The notes beneath the pieces were generated by a model. The model was not told where the DNA came from. It did not search any database and saw nothing but the letters and a program-made list of their open reading frames with translations. Position numbers and translations under genes: made by a program. From Thermoanaerobaculia bacterium (GTDB taxonomy: Bacteria; Acidobacteriota; Thermoanaerobaculia; Multivoradales; Multivoraceae), in contig OY762911.1 of assembly GCA_963666565.1 (NCBI GenBank), forward strand, positions 64,001 through 128,000: a stretch of 64,000 bases of DNA, read 5' to 3'. Below are positions 37,356 to 46,486 of this stretch, one piece after another (the first letter of the stretch is position 1; the number at the start of each line of letters is the position of its first letter).

Positions 37356-38851
37356 CCGTCGCCGGCTCCCGTCGCGCATGCCGCGCGCCTCGTCTCGAGC
37401 ACGGTCAGGATCTCCTCATGCCTGGCGGCGTTCAGGCGGTACAGCATCATGAACAGAATGCCGACGCCGTAGATCACGAGGCAGAGCGGTCCGCTCATCA
37501 CCAGCAGGCCGGTGAGCGTCCCCGCCGACACTCCTTCCGCCTCGGCGTTCTGCGGGAACCGGATCAGTTCCAGCCCGAAGCCCCCGATCAGCCCGCCGAA
37601 GCCCTCCGTCGCCTTCATCGCGAACTCCCGAACCGAGAAGATCGTGCCCTCGGCCCGGCTTCCGGTCCGGAGTTCGTGGTCGTCCGCGATGTCGACCAAC
37701 TGGGAGTCGACCACGATGGCCATTACCGTCACCAGGGCATAGCCGACGAACAACGGTCCGAACAGCAGGGGCAGCAGCAGCGCCGAGTCGTTCCCCGGAA
37801 ACAGACCCGCCAGACGCAGGACATGCGGAAAGGCCACCAGGACGGCCGACACCGCGCTGGTGAAGATCACCGTCGGCTTCTTGTCGAAGCGACGCGTCAT
37901 CCAGGCGGCGAGCGGAAGGGCCACGAAGATCCCTGGAATCTTCGCGAAGGCCAGGACCGAGAACTGTTCCGTCGACAGGTCGTACACCCAGATCCAGGTG
38001 AAGATATTGACCATGTCCAGCACACCCTGGGCCGCGGCGATAGTCAGCCAGGAGGCGGTCACCGACACGAAGGACCTGTTCGCGAGCAGCTGCCGCAACT
38101 CTCCGTAGTGGTCGCGGAAGTTGAAGCGCCGGCGCGTGGTCGCGTGCAGGTGGGGAATCTGGTCGGCCGTCCCGAAGGTACAGACGAGAACGGCGGCCAG
38201 CACCACGACGGCGCCGAACCCGGCCAGGATGACATACCGGCTCGGGTCGAGGAGCCCGTTGCTGAACTCCGGCGTGGACGGAAAGACAGCGTTCAGGACC
38301 AGCAGGCTCAACCCGACCGCGGCGCCCGTGGCGACGACGTTGTACCAACCGAAGACCGAGGTCCTTTCGTGGTAGTCGTCGGTGAGCTCCGCGCCGAGCG
38401 CGTCGCGCGGGATGTTGTGGAAGGACGTAGCGATGCGGAGCAGGACCAGGAAGCACACCTGCCACGCGAAGAGCGCGCCCTCGCTCAGACCTGAGATCGG
38501 CTGATAGAGGAAGTAGAACGAGACAGCGATCGGCAGAGCCGACATCAGCATCAGCGGATGGCGACGTCCCCACCGGCTCCGGAAGCGATCGGAGATCGCC
38601 CCGACCATCGGATCGGAGACCGCGTCGACGATGCTCGCGATCAGGTAGGCGACGCCGCACAGAGCCGCCGAGACGCCGAGCACCTGGTTGTAGAAGATCA
38701 GAGTGGTGACCCGGCCGGCGACCACCATCCCCTCCTGAAAGCCGCCGGAAGAGAACGCGAGCTTCGTGCGAAGCGGCACCTTGCGCCGACGATCGGGGCG
38801 TCTGGGACTCGGCGAGTCGGCGGCCGTCCGGGGCTGGGTGTCGTCCGTCAT
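37352..38851 (-). CDS. MFS transporter, GPH/Na+-melibiose family
   Basis: DAVSDPMVGAISDR..SRWGRRHP, ELTDDYHER, R.EG motifs. Confidence 0.92.
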   Translation of the reverse strand: MTDDTQPRTAADSPSPRRPDRRRKVPLRTKLAFSSGGFQEGMVVAGRVTTLIFYNQVLGVSAALCGVAYLIASIVDAVSDPMVGAISDRFRSRWGRRHPLMLMSALPIAVSFYFLYQPISGLSEGALFAWQVCFLVLLRIATSFHNIPRDALGAELTDDYHERTSVFGWYNVVATGAAVGLSLLVLNAVFPSTPEFSNGLLDPSRYVILAGFGAVVVLAAVLVCTFGTADQIPHLHATTRRRFNFRDHYGELRQLLANRSFVSVTASWLTIAAAQGVLDMVNIFTWIWVYDLSTEQFSVLAFAKIPGIFVALPLAAWMTRRFDKKPTVIFTSAVSAVLVAFPHVLRLAGLFPGNDSALLLPLLFGPLFVGYALVTVMAIVVDSQLVDIADDHELRTGSRAEGTIFSVREFAMKATEGFGGLIGGFGLELIRFPQNAEAEGVSAGTLTGLLVMSGPLCLVIYGVGILFMMLYRLNAARHEEILTVLETRRAACATGAGDG

Positions 38852-38891
38852 CGCCGCGCGTCACAAACTTGGAACAGCGTACCACCAACCG

Positions 38892-38950
38892 CTGGGTGCG
38901 CGGGTCTTCCGACCCGCATCTGGCGCGCTGCCGCGAAGCGGCGCGCGCGA
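38892..38950 (-). repeat. REP-like family A element
   Basis: ctgggtgcgcgggtcttccgacccgc plus a second hairpin. Confidence 0.8.
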
Positions 38951-38998
38951 GTCTCTTGACGACCACGCCTGTGAAGAAGCACTGATACGTTCTGCCCC

Positions 38999-39925
38999 AT
39001 GGAGTTCGGCGCACAGCTCAGCAGCTACCGCGTGCCGTGGTCGGAGACCGAGGCCACGGTTCAGGCGATCGAGAACGGAACCTGGAGCAGCCTGTGGTTC
39101 TCGGACCACTTCCTGCCGCCGGCCGCTCCCAACGACGAACACCTGTCGGCCCTCGAGGTCTGGACCCTGGTCACGGCGGCGGCGGTCGTGACCGAGCGGG
39201 TGCGCCTCGGCACGCTCGCCTGCGGCGTCACCTACCGCAATCCGGCCCTGCTGGCGAAGATCTGCGCCAGCGTCGACCACATCAGCGGCGGGCGCATGGA
39301 GCTGGGGATCGGCGCCGCCTGGTTCGAGCGCGAACACGTGGCCTACGGCTGGGACTTCCCCTCCCTGCGCGAGCGCTCCGACCGCCTGGAGGAGGCGGCT
39401 CAGCTCATCCGCCTGCTGTTCACGGCGGAAGAGGGCGAGAAAGTCAGCTTCGAGGGGAACCACTACAGGCTGGACGAGGCGCCGCTCGTGCCGGGTTCCA
39501 CGCGGCCGCGTTCCACCCGGACGCCCCACATCCCGATCCTGATCGGCGGCAACGGCGAGAAGCGGACGCTCCGCACCTGCGCCCGCTACGGCGACATCAG
39601 CAACCTCGACTTCTGGCATCCCGCCGGGATCGACGTCTTCAGGAACAAGCAGGAAGTCCTCGACCGCCACTGCGAGGACGCCGGCCGCGACCCGGCAGAG
39701 ATCAAGAGAACGGTCGGCCTGCCCTTCCGGCTCTTCGCCAATGACGAAGAAGCCGCGAAGTCGCCCGGCCAGCCCTGGTACTGCTGGGGCGTCGCCGCCT
39801 ACGTTCAGGACCTGCTGCACCAGTACGTCGAGGCCGGCGCCGAGGAGATCGTCCTCTGCGGCGTCGGCAACCGCCCGGAGGCCTGGCAGCAGATCGACGA
39901 GGAGATCCTCTCGGCTTTCGACTGA
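38999..39925 (+). CDS. LLM-class (probably F420-dependent) oxidoreductase
   Basis: WFSDH, YRNPALLAK, DHISGGRMELGIGAAW, ILIGG.GEKRTL. Confidence 0.92.
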   Translation: MEFGAQLSSYRVPWSETEATVQAIENGTWSSLWFSDHFLPPAAPNDEHLSALEVWTLVTAAAVVTERVRLGTLACGVTYRNPALLAKICASVDHISGGRMELGIGAAWFEREHVAYGWDFPSLRERSDRLEEAAQLIRLLFTAEEGEKVSFEGNHYRLDEAPLVPGSTRPRSTRTPHIPILIGGNGEKRTLRTCARYGDISNLDFWHPAGIDVFRNKQEVLDRHCEDAGRDPAEIKRTVGLPFRLFANDEEAAKSPGQPWYCWGVAAYVQDLLHQYVEAGAEEIVLCGVGNRPEAWQQIDEEILSAFD

Positions 39926-39959
39926 GGGCCAACGCCCCTCGCTGCGCAGCGGGCGTCTG

Positions 39960-40101
39960 CTGGGTGCGCGGGTCTTCTGACCCGCTTGCCGAGGGCCGCC
40001 TGCAAGCATCGTCGCCGGCCTCTGGCCGGCGGCCTTGCTACCCGGGGCTGCGCCGCGCCGCGGCTTCGCCCGCGAGCGGGTCAGAAGACCCGCGCACCCG
40101 G
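39960..40101. repeat. Inverted doublet of family A REPs (REPIN-like)
   Basis: Minus copy 39960-39985, plus copy 40076-40101, GC hairpins between. Confidence 0.8.
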
Positions 40102-40153
40102 CTAGCGCTACAATCGCCCCACCGGCGGACTCCCACCGCCCAAGGAGAACCCC

Positions 40154-41515
40154 ATGAAGTCTCGTCTCACCGTCCTCTTCCTCGGCCTCGCGCTCCTCGT
40201 GACCGCCGCCGTCGCCACGCCGCCAGCCAACAACGCGGCCGACCCCGCCAGCGTGACCTGGGTGGATCACGTGGCGCCCATCCTCCACGAGAACTGCGCG
40301 AGCTGCCATCGGCCCGGACAGACGGCGCCGATGTCGCTGCTGACCTACGACGAGACGCGCCCCTGGGCGAAGTCGATCCGCCGGGTCACGACCGAACGCG
40401 CCATGCCGCCCTGGTTCGCCAACCCGGAGCACGGCGAGTTCGTGGAGGACCCGAGCCTCACCGACGCCGAGATCGAGACACTGAACAACTGGGTAGCCGC
40501 GGGCGCCCCGGCCGGCGACCTCTCCCAGGCGCCGGCGCCGCCCACCTTCAGTTCCGACTGGAAGCTCGGCCCGCCCGACATGGTCTACACGGCGCCGGAG
40601 TTCCACGTCTCCGACGACATCGAGGACCACTACGAGTGGTTCCAGGTGGACAATCCAGTCAACGAAGAGCGCTGGATCCGGGCCATCGAGATCCACCCCG
40701 GGTTCGTCGAGGCCGTACACCACCAGTTGACCTACCTGGCGCCGCCCGACGCCACCCTCGCGGGCGTGCGGAGCCGGACCGGAACCCTCGACCTCACCTT
40801 CGTCGGCGGCTGGGGGCCGGGCGTCGCGCCGCTCCAGTTCGCGGAAGGGCACGGCATGCGCCTGCCGCCGAACAGCACGGTGTTCTTCCAGATGCACTAC
40901 CACAAGACCCCGGGCCCGGGCACCGGCGGCACCGACCGGACGACGATGGGCCTCTACTTCCACGACGAGAAACCCGAGAACGTGGTGGAGACGATGTGGC
41001 TGGTCGACCCGACGCTCAACATCCCGGCGGGCGAGAGCGACTACCACTCCTGGTCGTCGTACACCACCGAACACGAGGCGGTGCTCTTCGACTTCACGCC
41101 CCACATGCACCTGCGGGGCAAGTCGATGACGTTCACGGCCGAATACCCGGACGGCCGCAAGGAAGTCCTGCTCGACGTGCCGAACTACGACTTCAACTGG
41201 CAGCTCACCTACACGCCGACGGCGCCCAGAGTGATCCCGGCCGGCACGACGATCCGCGTCGACGCGAAGTTCGACAACTCGACCGGCAACCTGGCGAACC
41301 CGGATCCGACGTCGAACGTGACCTGGGGCGAGGCGACGACCGACGAGATGATGGTCGGCTTCATCCACTACACCTTCAGCGACAGGACCCAGCAGACGGA
41401 AATGCCCACGTTCATCGTGCCCGAGCAGTTGAGGGCGCAGATGGAGCAGATCCGGGAGTTCCGGCGGAAGCAGCGGGAAGCGGCCAAGGCCGCCGCCGCC
41501 GAAACCGGCGGTTAG
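40154..41515 (+). CDS. Secreted cytochrome c + copper type II (PHM/DBH-like) monooxygenase-domain protein
   Basis: Signal peptide, CASCH, MPPW, VHH, QMHY, PHMH.RG, YDFNWQ, DEM. Confidence 0.85.
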   Translation: MKSRLTVLFLGLALLVTAAVATPPANNAADPASVTWVDHVAPILHENCASCHRPGQTAPMSLLTYDETRPWAKSIRRVTTERAMPPWFANPEHGEFVEDPSLTDAEIETLNNWVAAGAPAGDLSQAPAPPTFSSDWKLGPPDMVYTAPEFHVSDDIEDHYEWFQVDNPVNEERWIRAIEIHPGFVEAVHHQLTYLAPPDATLAGVRSRTGTLDLTFVGGWGPGVAPLQFAEGHGMRLPPNSTVFFQMHYHKTPGPGTGGTDRTTMGLYFHDEKPENVVETMWLVDPTLNIPAGESDYHSWSSYTTEHEAVLFDFTPHMHLRGKSMTFTAEYPDGRKEVLLDVPNYDFNWQLTYTPTAPRVIPAGTTIRVDAKFDNSTGNLANPDPTSNVTWGEATTDEMMVGFIHYTFSDRTQQTEMPTFIVPEQLRAQMEQIREFRRKQREAAKAAAAETGG

Positions 41516-42195
41516 TGCCCCAACACGGCGTACGTCCCGTCGAGGACGAGACGGACAGCCACATACGACCCGGCCGCCGGCACGACGACCCACACGATGT
41601 TCGGCGTCCACACCCACACCAGGAGATCCCGCATGCCGATCTCCCGATGGCCTCCGGACATGTAGAAGCTCATCTGGTAGATGGAGGTCACGTAGACCCA
41701 CTGCCAGAACAGCGCCACACCCAGGATCCCGGCGACCGTGGCCGGCAGGAAGCCGGTGGTCAACGAGGTCAGCAGGATCATCGACGGAACCGGCGTGACG
41801 AACCCGTTGCCCACGTCGCAGTTGAAGCCGAACGTCCGCCGGTCCGTGTAGGCGTCGTCGTACGCGCAGTACGCCGCCCACACGTCCGCCCAGGCCGTCG
41901 GCGACGCGATGCTCCGCAGCGGGATTCCCGAGAAGAACAGTTCGATACCCGGCGACCGGCCAGCGGCCTTGCGTCCGCGCCAATACTCCGCCCGCTTCTC
42001 GATGTAGTCCCGCCGCAGGTACAGGCACGCCTCCCAATAGCAGATCAGCAGGTTGATCGACAGGAACAGGCTGAGGAGCGCGTACCAGGCATTCAGGCCG
42101 CCATGGAGCCGGTGGAAGGCGATGTTCCAGGCCACGGCCTGGCCAGCCACGGCGACCACGACGATGGCCGCCACCGGGATCTTCGGCCCCTTCAC
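41512..42195 (-). CDS. Hypothetical membrane protein (possible EXPERA/EBP-like fold)
   Basis: Several TM helices; ICYWE, W..Y..YD..Y, DVGNG; GTGA overlap with S9 peptidase. Confidence 0.65.
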   Translation of the reverse strand: MKGPKIPVAAIVVVAVAGQAVAWNIAFHRLHGGLNAWYALLSLFLSINLLICYWEACLYLRRDYIEKRAEYWRGRKAAGRSPGIELFFSGIPLRSIASPTAWADVWAAYCAYDDAYTDRRTFGFNCDVGNGFVTPVPSMILLTSLTTGFLPATVAGILGVALFWQWVYVTSIYQMSFYMSGGHREIGMRDLLVWVWTPNIVWVVVPAAGSYVAVRLVLDGTYAVLGH

Positions 42196-44267
42196 TCTTC
42201 CGCTTCCTCGTCGTCTTCCGACCCCGGCGCTGTCTCCCACTCGTACTCGATCCCCCGGACGTGGCGCTCGAACCAGTCGATCTCCACGTTCACCTTGAAC
42301 AGCTCGTGGCGAAGTTCCCGCCAGCCGTGAGGCTCCCGCGGCGCGATGTAGAGGTGCGTCTCCACCCCGTTCGTCTTGAGCGCCCGGTAGAGCTCCACCG
42401 ACTGGGGCGGCGGCACGCGGACGTCGTTCTCGCCGACCAGGACGAGCGTCGGGGTCGTCACCTTGTAGACGTCCTTGAGCGGCGAGTTCTCCCAGTAGAC
42501 GCCGATGGGGGCGTCCTCCTGCCACGGCGTGCCCCCGAACCAGGGAGTGCGGTAGGTCCGCACGTCGCTCTGGCCGTACATCGAGATCCAGTTCACCGCG
42601 CCCGCGCCCGACGACGCTGCCCTGAAGCGGTCGGTGTGGGTGATGATCTTGTTCGTCATGTGACCGCCGCCGCTCCAGCCCATCTTCGCCATGCGGTCGC
42701 CGTCGACGAGTCCGCGCTCGATCAGGCGGTCGACCCCGGTCATCACGTCCAGGTGCGCCTGGTGGAAGTAGTGGCCGACCATGTCGCGCAGGAAGGGGTC
42801 TCCGTAGCCGGTGCTCCCCCGGTAGTTCGGCTTGAAGACGAACCAGCCGCGGGCGGTCAGCACCTGGACGTAGTTGGACCAGCGGCCGAACCCGAACTCG
42901 TCCGAGGCCGCGGGCCCGCCGTGCGTCTGGACGACCAGGGGGTATCGGGCGCCCTCCTCGTAGTCGAGCGGGTAGTAGAGGAGACCCTCGACTTCGACGC
43001 CGTCCTCGCCCGGCCAGCGGACCGCCTCCTGCCGGGGGAGCAGGAAGGTCTCGTCGAGGTAGTCGTAGACCGCCGTCACCTTGGTGGGCGCGCCTCCGCC
43101 CGCGGGCATCGCGTGGATGTCGCCGGCGTTCTCGCGGCGGTTGATGCCGAAGGCATGGAGGCCCGCCTCCCGGGAGTAGTGCCACGAGCCCAGCGCGTGG
43201 TCCCCGTCGGTCAGGGCCGTGGGCGTCGCGTCGTCCAGCGCCGCGTGGAAGAGCTGACTTCGCACTCCGGTGTTCGCGGTGAAGTAGATCGTGCCGTCCT
43301 CGGCCCAGCGGGCGCCGTTGACCTCGTGCGGCATCTCCTCGTAGAGCAGGCGGTGCGAGCCGCCGGCGGCGGGGACGACGAAGACGTTGCCGTTGTAGTA
43401 CGTCTCGAAGTCGGCGTTCGACGTCGACGTGAACAGCACGTGCTTCCCGTCCGGCGATAGCTCCGCGCCCGACTCGCTCACCGTGTTGTCGGTGAGTTGC
43501 AGGGCGTTGCCGCCGTCCGCGTCCATGACCCAGACCTCGCCCTCGTCCCGGTTGTCGAAGAGCGGCGAGGGCGCCCGGTGGTGGGCGATCCGCGCACCGT
43601 CCGCCGAGAGGCGGAAGCCGACGACCGAGAAGTCGCCCTCGGTGATCCGCTCGACGGCGCCCCGGTCGTCGCCGGTCCAGGCGACCCGGAAGAGGTGACG
43701 CTGCTTGTAGTCCTCGTCGAACGCGAAGACGTCGTCCTTCTGTTCGTCCTTCTTCTTCTCCTCGGGCGTCTCCGGATCGGCGGCAACGAAGAAGATGTGC
43801 TCGCCGTCCGGCGAGAACTCGTAGCTCTGAACCGAACTCTCGTGGCCGGTGAGCGGCGAGGCTTCCCCGCCCTCGTTCGGCAGGAGATGGATCTGCGTGA
43901 ATCCGTCCTCGCCGCGGTTGGCGAGGAAGGCCACGTAGCTCCCGTCAGGGGACCAGCGCGGGCTCGACTCCCCCTTCTCGCCGTAGGTCAACCGCACGTC
44001 GCCCGCGCCGTCCATCCCGATCCGGCGGATGTGGGTCGAGCGGCCGTTCTTCTTCCAGTCCGTGTCGCTACGGGTGTAGAGAAACTGGGCGCCGTCCGGG
44101 GAGATCCGCGGACTGCCGATCCCCGGCACGTCGATCAGGTCGACGATCGTCATGGGCCGCTTCTCGGAGGCGTTGCCGGCGGCAGCGACCAGAGCGGCAA
44201 CCAGGAAGAGCAGAGAGTGCGGCCCGGCACCGCCGCCACCCAGCCACCGCGTCGGGTTGTGCGTCAT
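42192..44267 (-). CDS. S9-family peptidase (dipeptidyl aminopeptidase/acylaminoacyl peptidase)
   Basis: SPDG propeller repeats, HGGP, NYRGSTGYG, GWSGGG, D.RVP, EPHG. Confidence 0.95.
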   Translation of the reverse strand: MTHNPTRWLGGGGAGPHSLLFLVAALVAAAGNASEKRPMTIVDLIDVPGIGSPRISPDGAQFLYTRSDTDWKKNGRSTHIRRIGMDGAGDVRLTYGEKGESSPRWSPDGSYVAFLANRGEDGFTQIHLLPNEGGEASPLTGHESSVQSYEFSPDGEHIFFVAADPETPEEKKKDEQKDDVFAFDEDYKQRHLFRVAWTGDDRGAVERITEGDFSVVGFRLSADGARIAHHRAPSPLFDNRDEGEVWVMDADGGNALQLTDNTVSESGAELSPDGKHVLFTSTSNADFETYYNGNVFVVPAAGGSHRLLYEEMPHEVNGARWAEDGTIYFTANTGVRSQLFHAALDDATPTALTDGDHALGSWHYSREAGLHAFGINRRENAGDIHAMPAGGGAPTKVTAVYDYLDETFLLPRQEAVRWPGEDGVEVEGLLYYPLDYEEGARYPLVVQTHGGPAASDEFGFGRWSNYVQVLTARGWFVFKPNYRGSTGYGDPFLRDMVGHYFHQAHLDVMTGVDRLIERGLVDGDRMAKMGWSGGGHMTNKIITHTDRFRAASSGAGAVNWISMYGQSDVRTYRTPWFGGTPWQEDAPIGVYWENSPLKDVYKVTTPTLVLVGENDVRVPPPQSVELYRALKTNGVETHLYIAPREPHGWRELRHELFKVNVEIDWFERHVRGIEYEWETAPGSEDDEEAEE

Positions 44268-44457
44268 GGAGCGGCATCGTATCGCCCCGGCGAAGGAAGC
44301 GCCGAGACCTCCCAGCGGGCGCAACCCCGCCGACCGGCCTCCCGAGCGTGGCGACCCGAACCGAACCAAGCACTTGACCAAGTCGGCTCCCGAGACCTAG
44401 AGTTCAGGCGCCGTTGACCTGATCGAGAGCCGGGATCGCCCAGAGAGCAAGCAGAAC

Positions 44458-44700
44458 ATGACGCGCTACGTGAAGATAGGCGAGGCCAAGACCCACCTCT
44501 CGGCGCTGCTGGCGAAGGTGGAGGCGGGCGAGGACCTGATCATCTGCCGCGGGTCGAAGCCGATCGCCCGCGTGGCGGCGCACGTCGACGCCGACGAACA
44601 CGCCGCACTGTGCGCGACGATGCGGCGGGAACGCGCCAAACAGCAGAGCGTGACGACCTCGGAGATCCTGTCCTGGCGGCACGAGGGACACGAACGCTGA
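44458..44700 (+). CDS. Phd/YefM-family antitoxin
   Basis: EAKTHLSALL.KVEAGE..II.R..KPIARV. Confidence 0.9.
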   Translation: MTRYVKIGEAKTHLSALLAKVEAGEDLIICRGSKPIARVAAHVDADEHAALCATMRRERAKQQSVTTSEILSWRHEGHER

Positions 44701-45101
44701 TGACCTTCGTGCCTGACGCCTCGGTCGCGGCCACGTGGGTGCTGCCGGACGAAGAAGCGGCGCTCGCGGATCTGGCCCTGGATCGGCTGGGCGTCGAGAA
44801 CGCGACCGTCCCGGACGTGTTCTGGCACGAACTGCGGAATCTCCTGCTGTCGGCCGAACGTCGAGGCCGCATCGACGGCCGCCACGCCGACGCCTCCATG
44901 TCGCGGCTGCGCAGGCTCCGTATCCGCTGCGCCGCTGAGACGGACGATCGACACGTCATGACGCTGGCGCGCGAACACGGCCTGACCGCCTACGACGCCA
45001 GCTACCTGGCCCTGGCGATTCGCGAAGGCTGCGCTCTGGCAAGTCTGGACCGCCGCTTGACCGAAGCGGCCGCCGCCGAAGGCGTGGCGATCCTCGCTTA
45101 G
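44700..45101 (+). CDS. vapC: VapC PIN-domain toxin
   Basis: DAS, DE, E..N, LTAYDASYL.LA, SLD; TGATG coupling. Confidence 0.92.
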   Translation: MTFVPDASVAATWVLPDEEAALADLALDRLGVENATVPDVFWHELRNLLLSAERRGRIDGRHADASMSRLRRLRIRCAAETDDRHVMTLAREHGLTAYDASYLALAIREGCALASLDRRLTEAAAAEGVAILA

Positions 45102-45235
45102 GCTCAAGTCGAAAGCAGCCCCAGCCGGCGCCTCACACGTCCAACCGCTGCCGCCGTGCCGCTTCCGAGTCCCAGAAGCGGCCGCGGAGGCCGCGCGGCC
45201 ACATGATCGATCACGAGACGGGGCGGGTTCTGGGC

Positions 45236-45517
45236 TAGTAGATGCGCTTGATGTCCCCGTGCCAAGGCCGGGTAGCGACGACCAGGCCGCGATGGCCGTC
45301 TCGCAGCAGTTCGGAGCGGTCGATACGCTCGATCGTCGCGACCCATGCGCGCCCGGTTCCGCGTGCGGACGCGCACGAGGTCGCCAACGGCGGGCGAGTC
45401 GTCGGCGTCGCAGGCGATCAAGGCTCCCCACTCTCCGGAACTCAGTTTCCGGGGCCGCCCGTGCCATCCGTTTAGGGTGACTTCCTTCGCGAAGTGCCTG
45501 GCGGCGAGTTGGCCCAC
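45236..45517 (-). pseudogene. Frameshifted fragment of hypothetical protein
   Basis: KLSSGEWGA...VGDLVRVRTR continues after a 1-nt shift near 45355 as GRAWVATIERID...KRIY*. Confidence 0.35.
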
Positions 45518-45583
45518 GCTCGACCAAGCGAGCCTTCGAGCCCCTTGGCATGACGAGCTCGCTCTGGCGGGACCGGCAGAAGT

Positions 45584-45615
45584 CCGGATGCCGGCGGGGA
45601 CGCCGGCGCACCCGG
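45584..45615 (+). repeat. REP-like family B element
   Basis: ccggatgccggcggggacgccggcgcacccgg. Confidence 0.8.
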
Positions 45616-45620
45616 TGTGT

Positions 45621-46403
45621 TCAGCCGATGTCGCCGGTGTTCCCGGCCATCAGCCGGATCGCCGCCTTGCGCGGCAGCAGTCGCGTAAGCAGCACGGCGA
45701 CCAGCCGGTTGACGAGTCCCGGCACAAACCGCGGACCCTTGCCGAGAGCATCCAGGGTTCGCCGCGCCACCGCGTCGGGCTCGAGCATGCCGGGCACCCG
45801 GTCCTTGCCCGAGCGCTTGTAGCCCGGCGTGGGAACGGCGCCGGCGCAGCAGGCCACAACATCGATGCCCTGCTCGCGGAGCTCCTGCCACAGGCCCTCG
45901 CCGAGGACCGTGTTGAAGGCCTTCGTCGCGGCGTAGGCAGCAACCCGCGCCGTCCCCTGCAGGCCCGCCAGCGAGGACATCAGGATCACCGCGCCACGGC
46001 CGCGCCGCTCGAGCCCCGGCAGCAGCGTGCGCAGCATGACGACCGGCGCCCGGACGTTGACGTCGACGGCGCGTTCGAGCGCCTCGGCGCCGGCGTCGAC
46101 GAAACGCCCCACCGGCACGAAGGCGGCGTTGTAGACGAGCACGCCCAGGTCGAGGTCCGAGGTGGCGCCAGCCAGCGCACCTGCGAGATCGGGACTGACG
46201 AGATCCATCGCAAGCGGCCGCACCTCGACGCCGTATCGCTCGCGAAGCCTGTCCGCGAGGTCCACCAGCAACGACTCGCGCCGGGCGATCAGCACCAGGT
46301 CCAAACCTCGCTCGGCGAGGCGCTCCGCGAACGAGGCGCCGAGACCCTCCGACGCGCCAGCGACGAGTGCCCAGCCCCCGTAACGGTCGCGGAACGAGTT
46401 CAC
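45621..46403 (-). CDS. SDR-family oxidoreductase (17beta-HSD/ketoacyl reductase-like)
   Basis: YGGWALVAGASEGLG, YNAA, YAATK. Confidence 0.92.
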   Translation of the reverse strand: MNSFRDRYGGWALVAGASEGLGASFAERLAERGLDLVLIARRESLLVDLADRLRERYGVEVRPLAMDLVSPDLAGALAGATSDLDLGVLVYNAAFVPVGRFVDAGAEALERAVDVNVRAPVVMLRTLLPGLERRGRGAVILMSSLAGLQGTARVAAYAATKAFNTVLGEGLWQELREQGIDVVACCAGAVPTPGYKRSGKDRVPGMLEPDAVARRTLDALGKGPRFVPGLVNRLVAVLLTRLLPRKAAIRLMAGNTGDIG

Positions 46404-46486
46404 GCCGCCACCGGGTCCGCGAACGCCTCCGCTACGCTGCGGTGCCGACGCTCGCTATCCGAAGGACTCACCATGGAGACTCGATC

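Noticed and set aside
38861-42037. Very long antisense or alternate-frame ORFs (e.g. 1058 aa here; also 8678-10807, 49382-51547 and the 5' extensions of 54604-57594 and 57736-60795)
   Set aside because: Shadow ORFs of high-GC coding DNA opposite or overlapping well-supported genes; Arg/Gly/Ala-rich with no motifs
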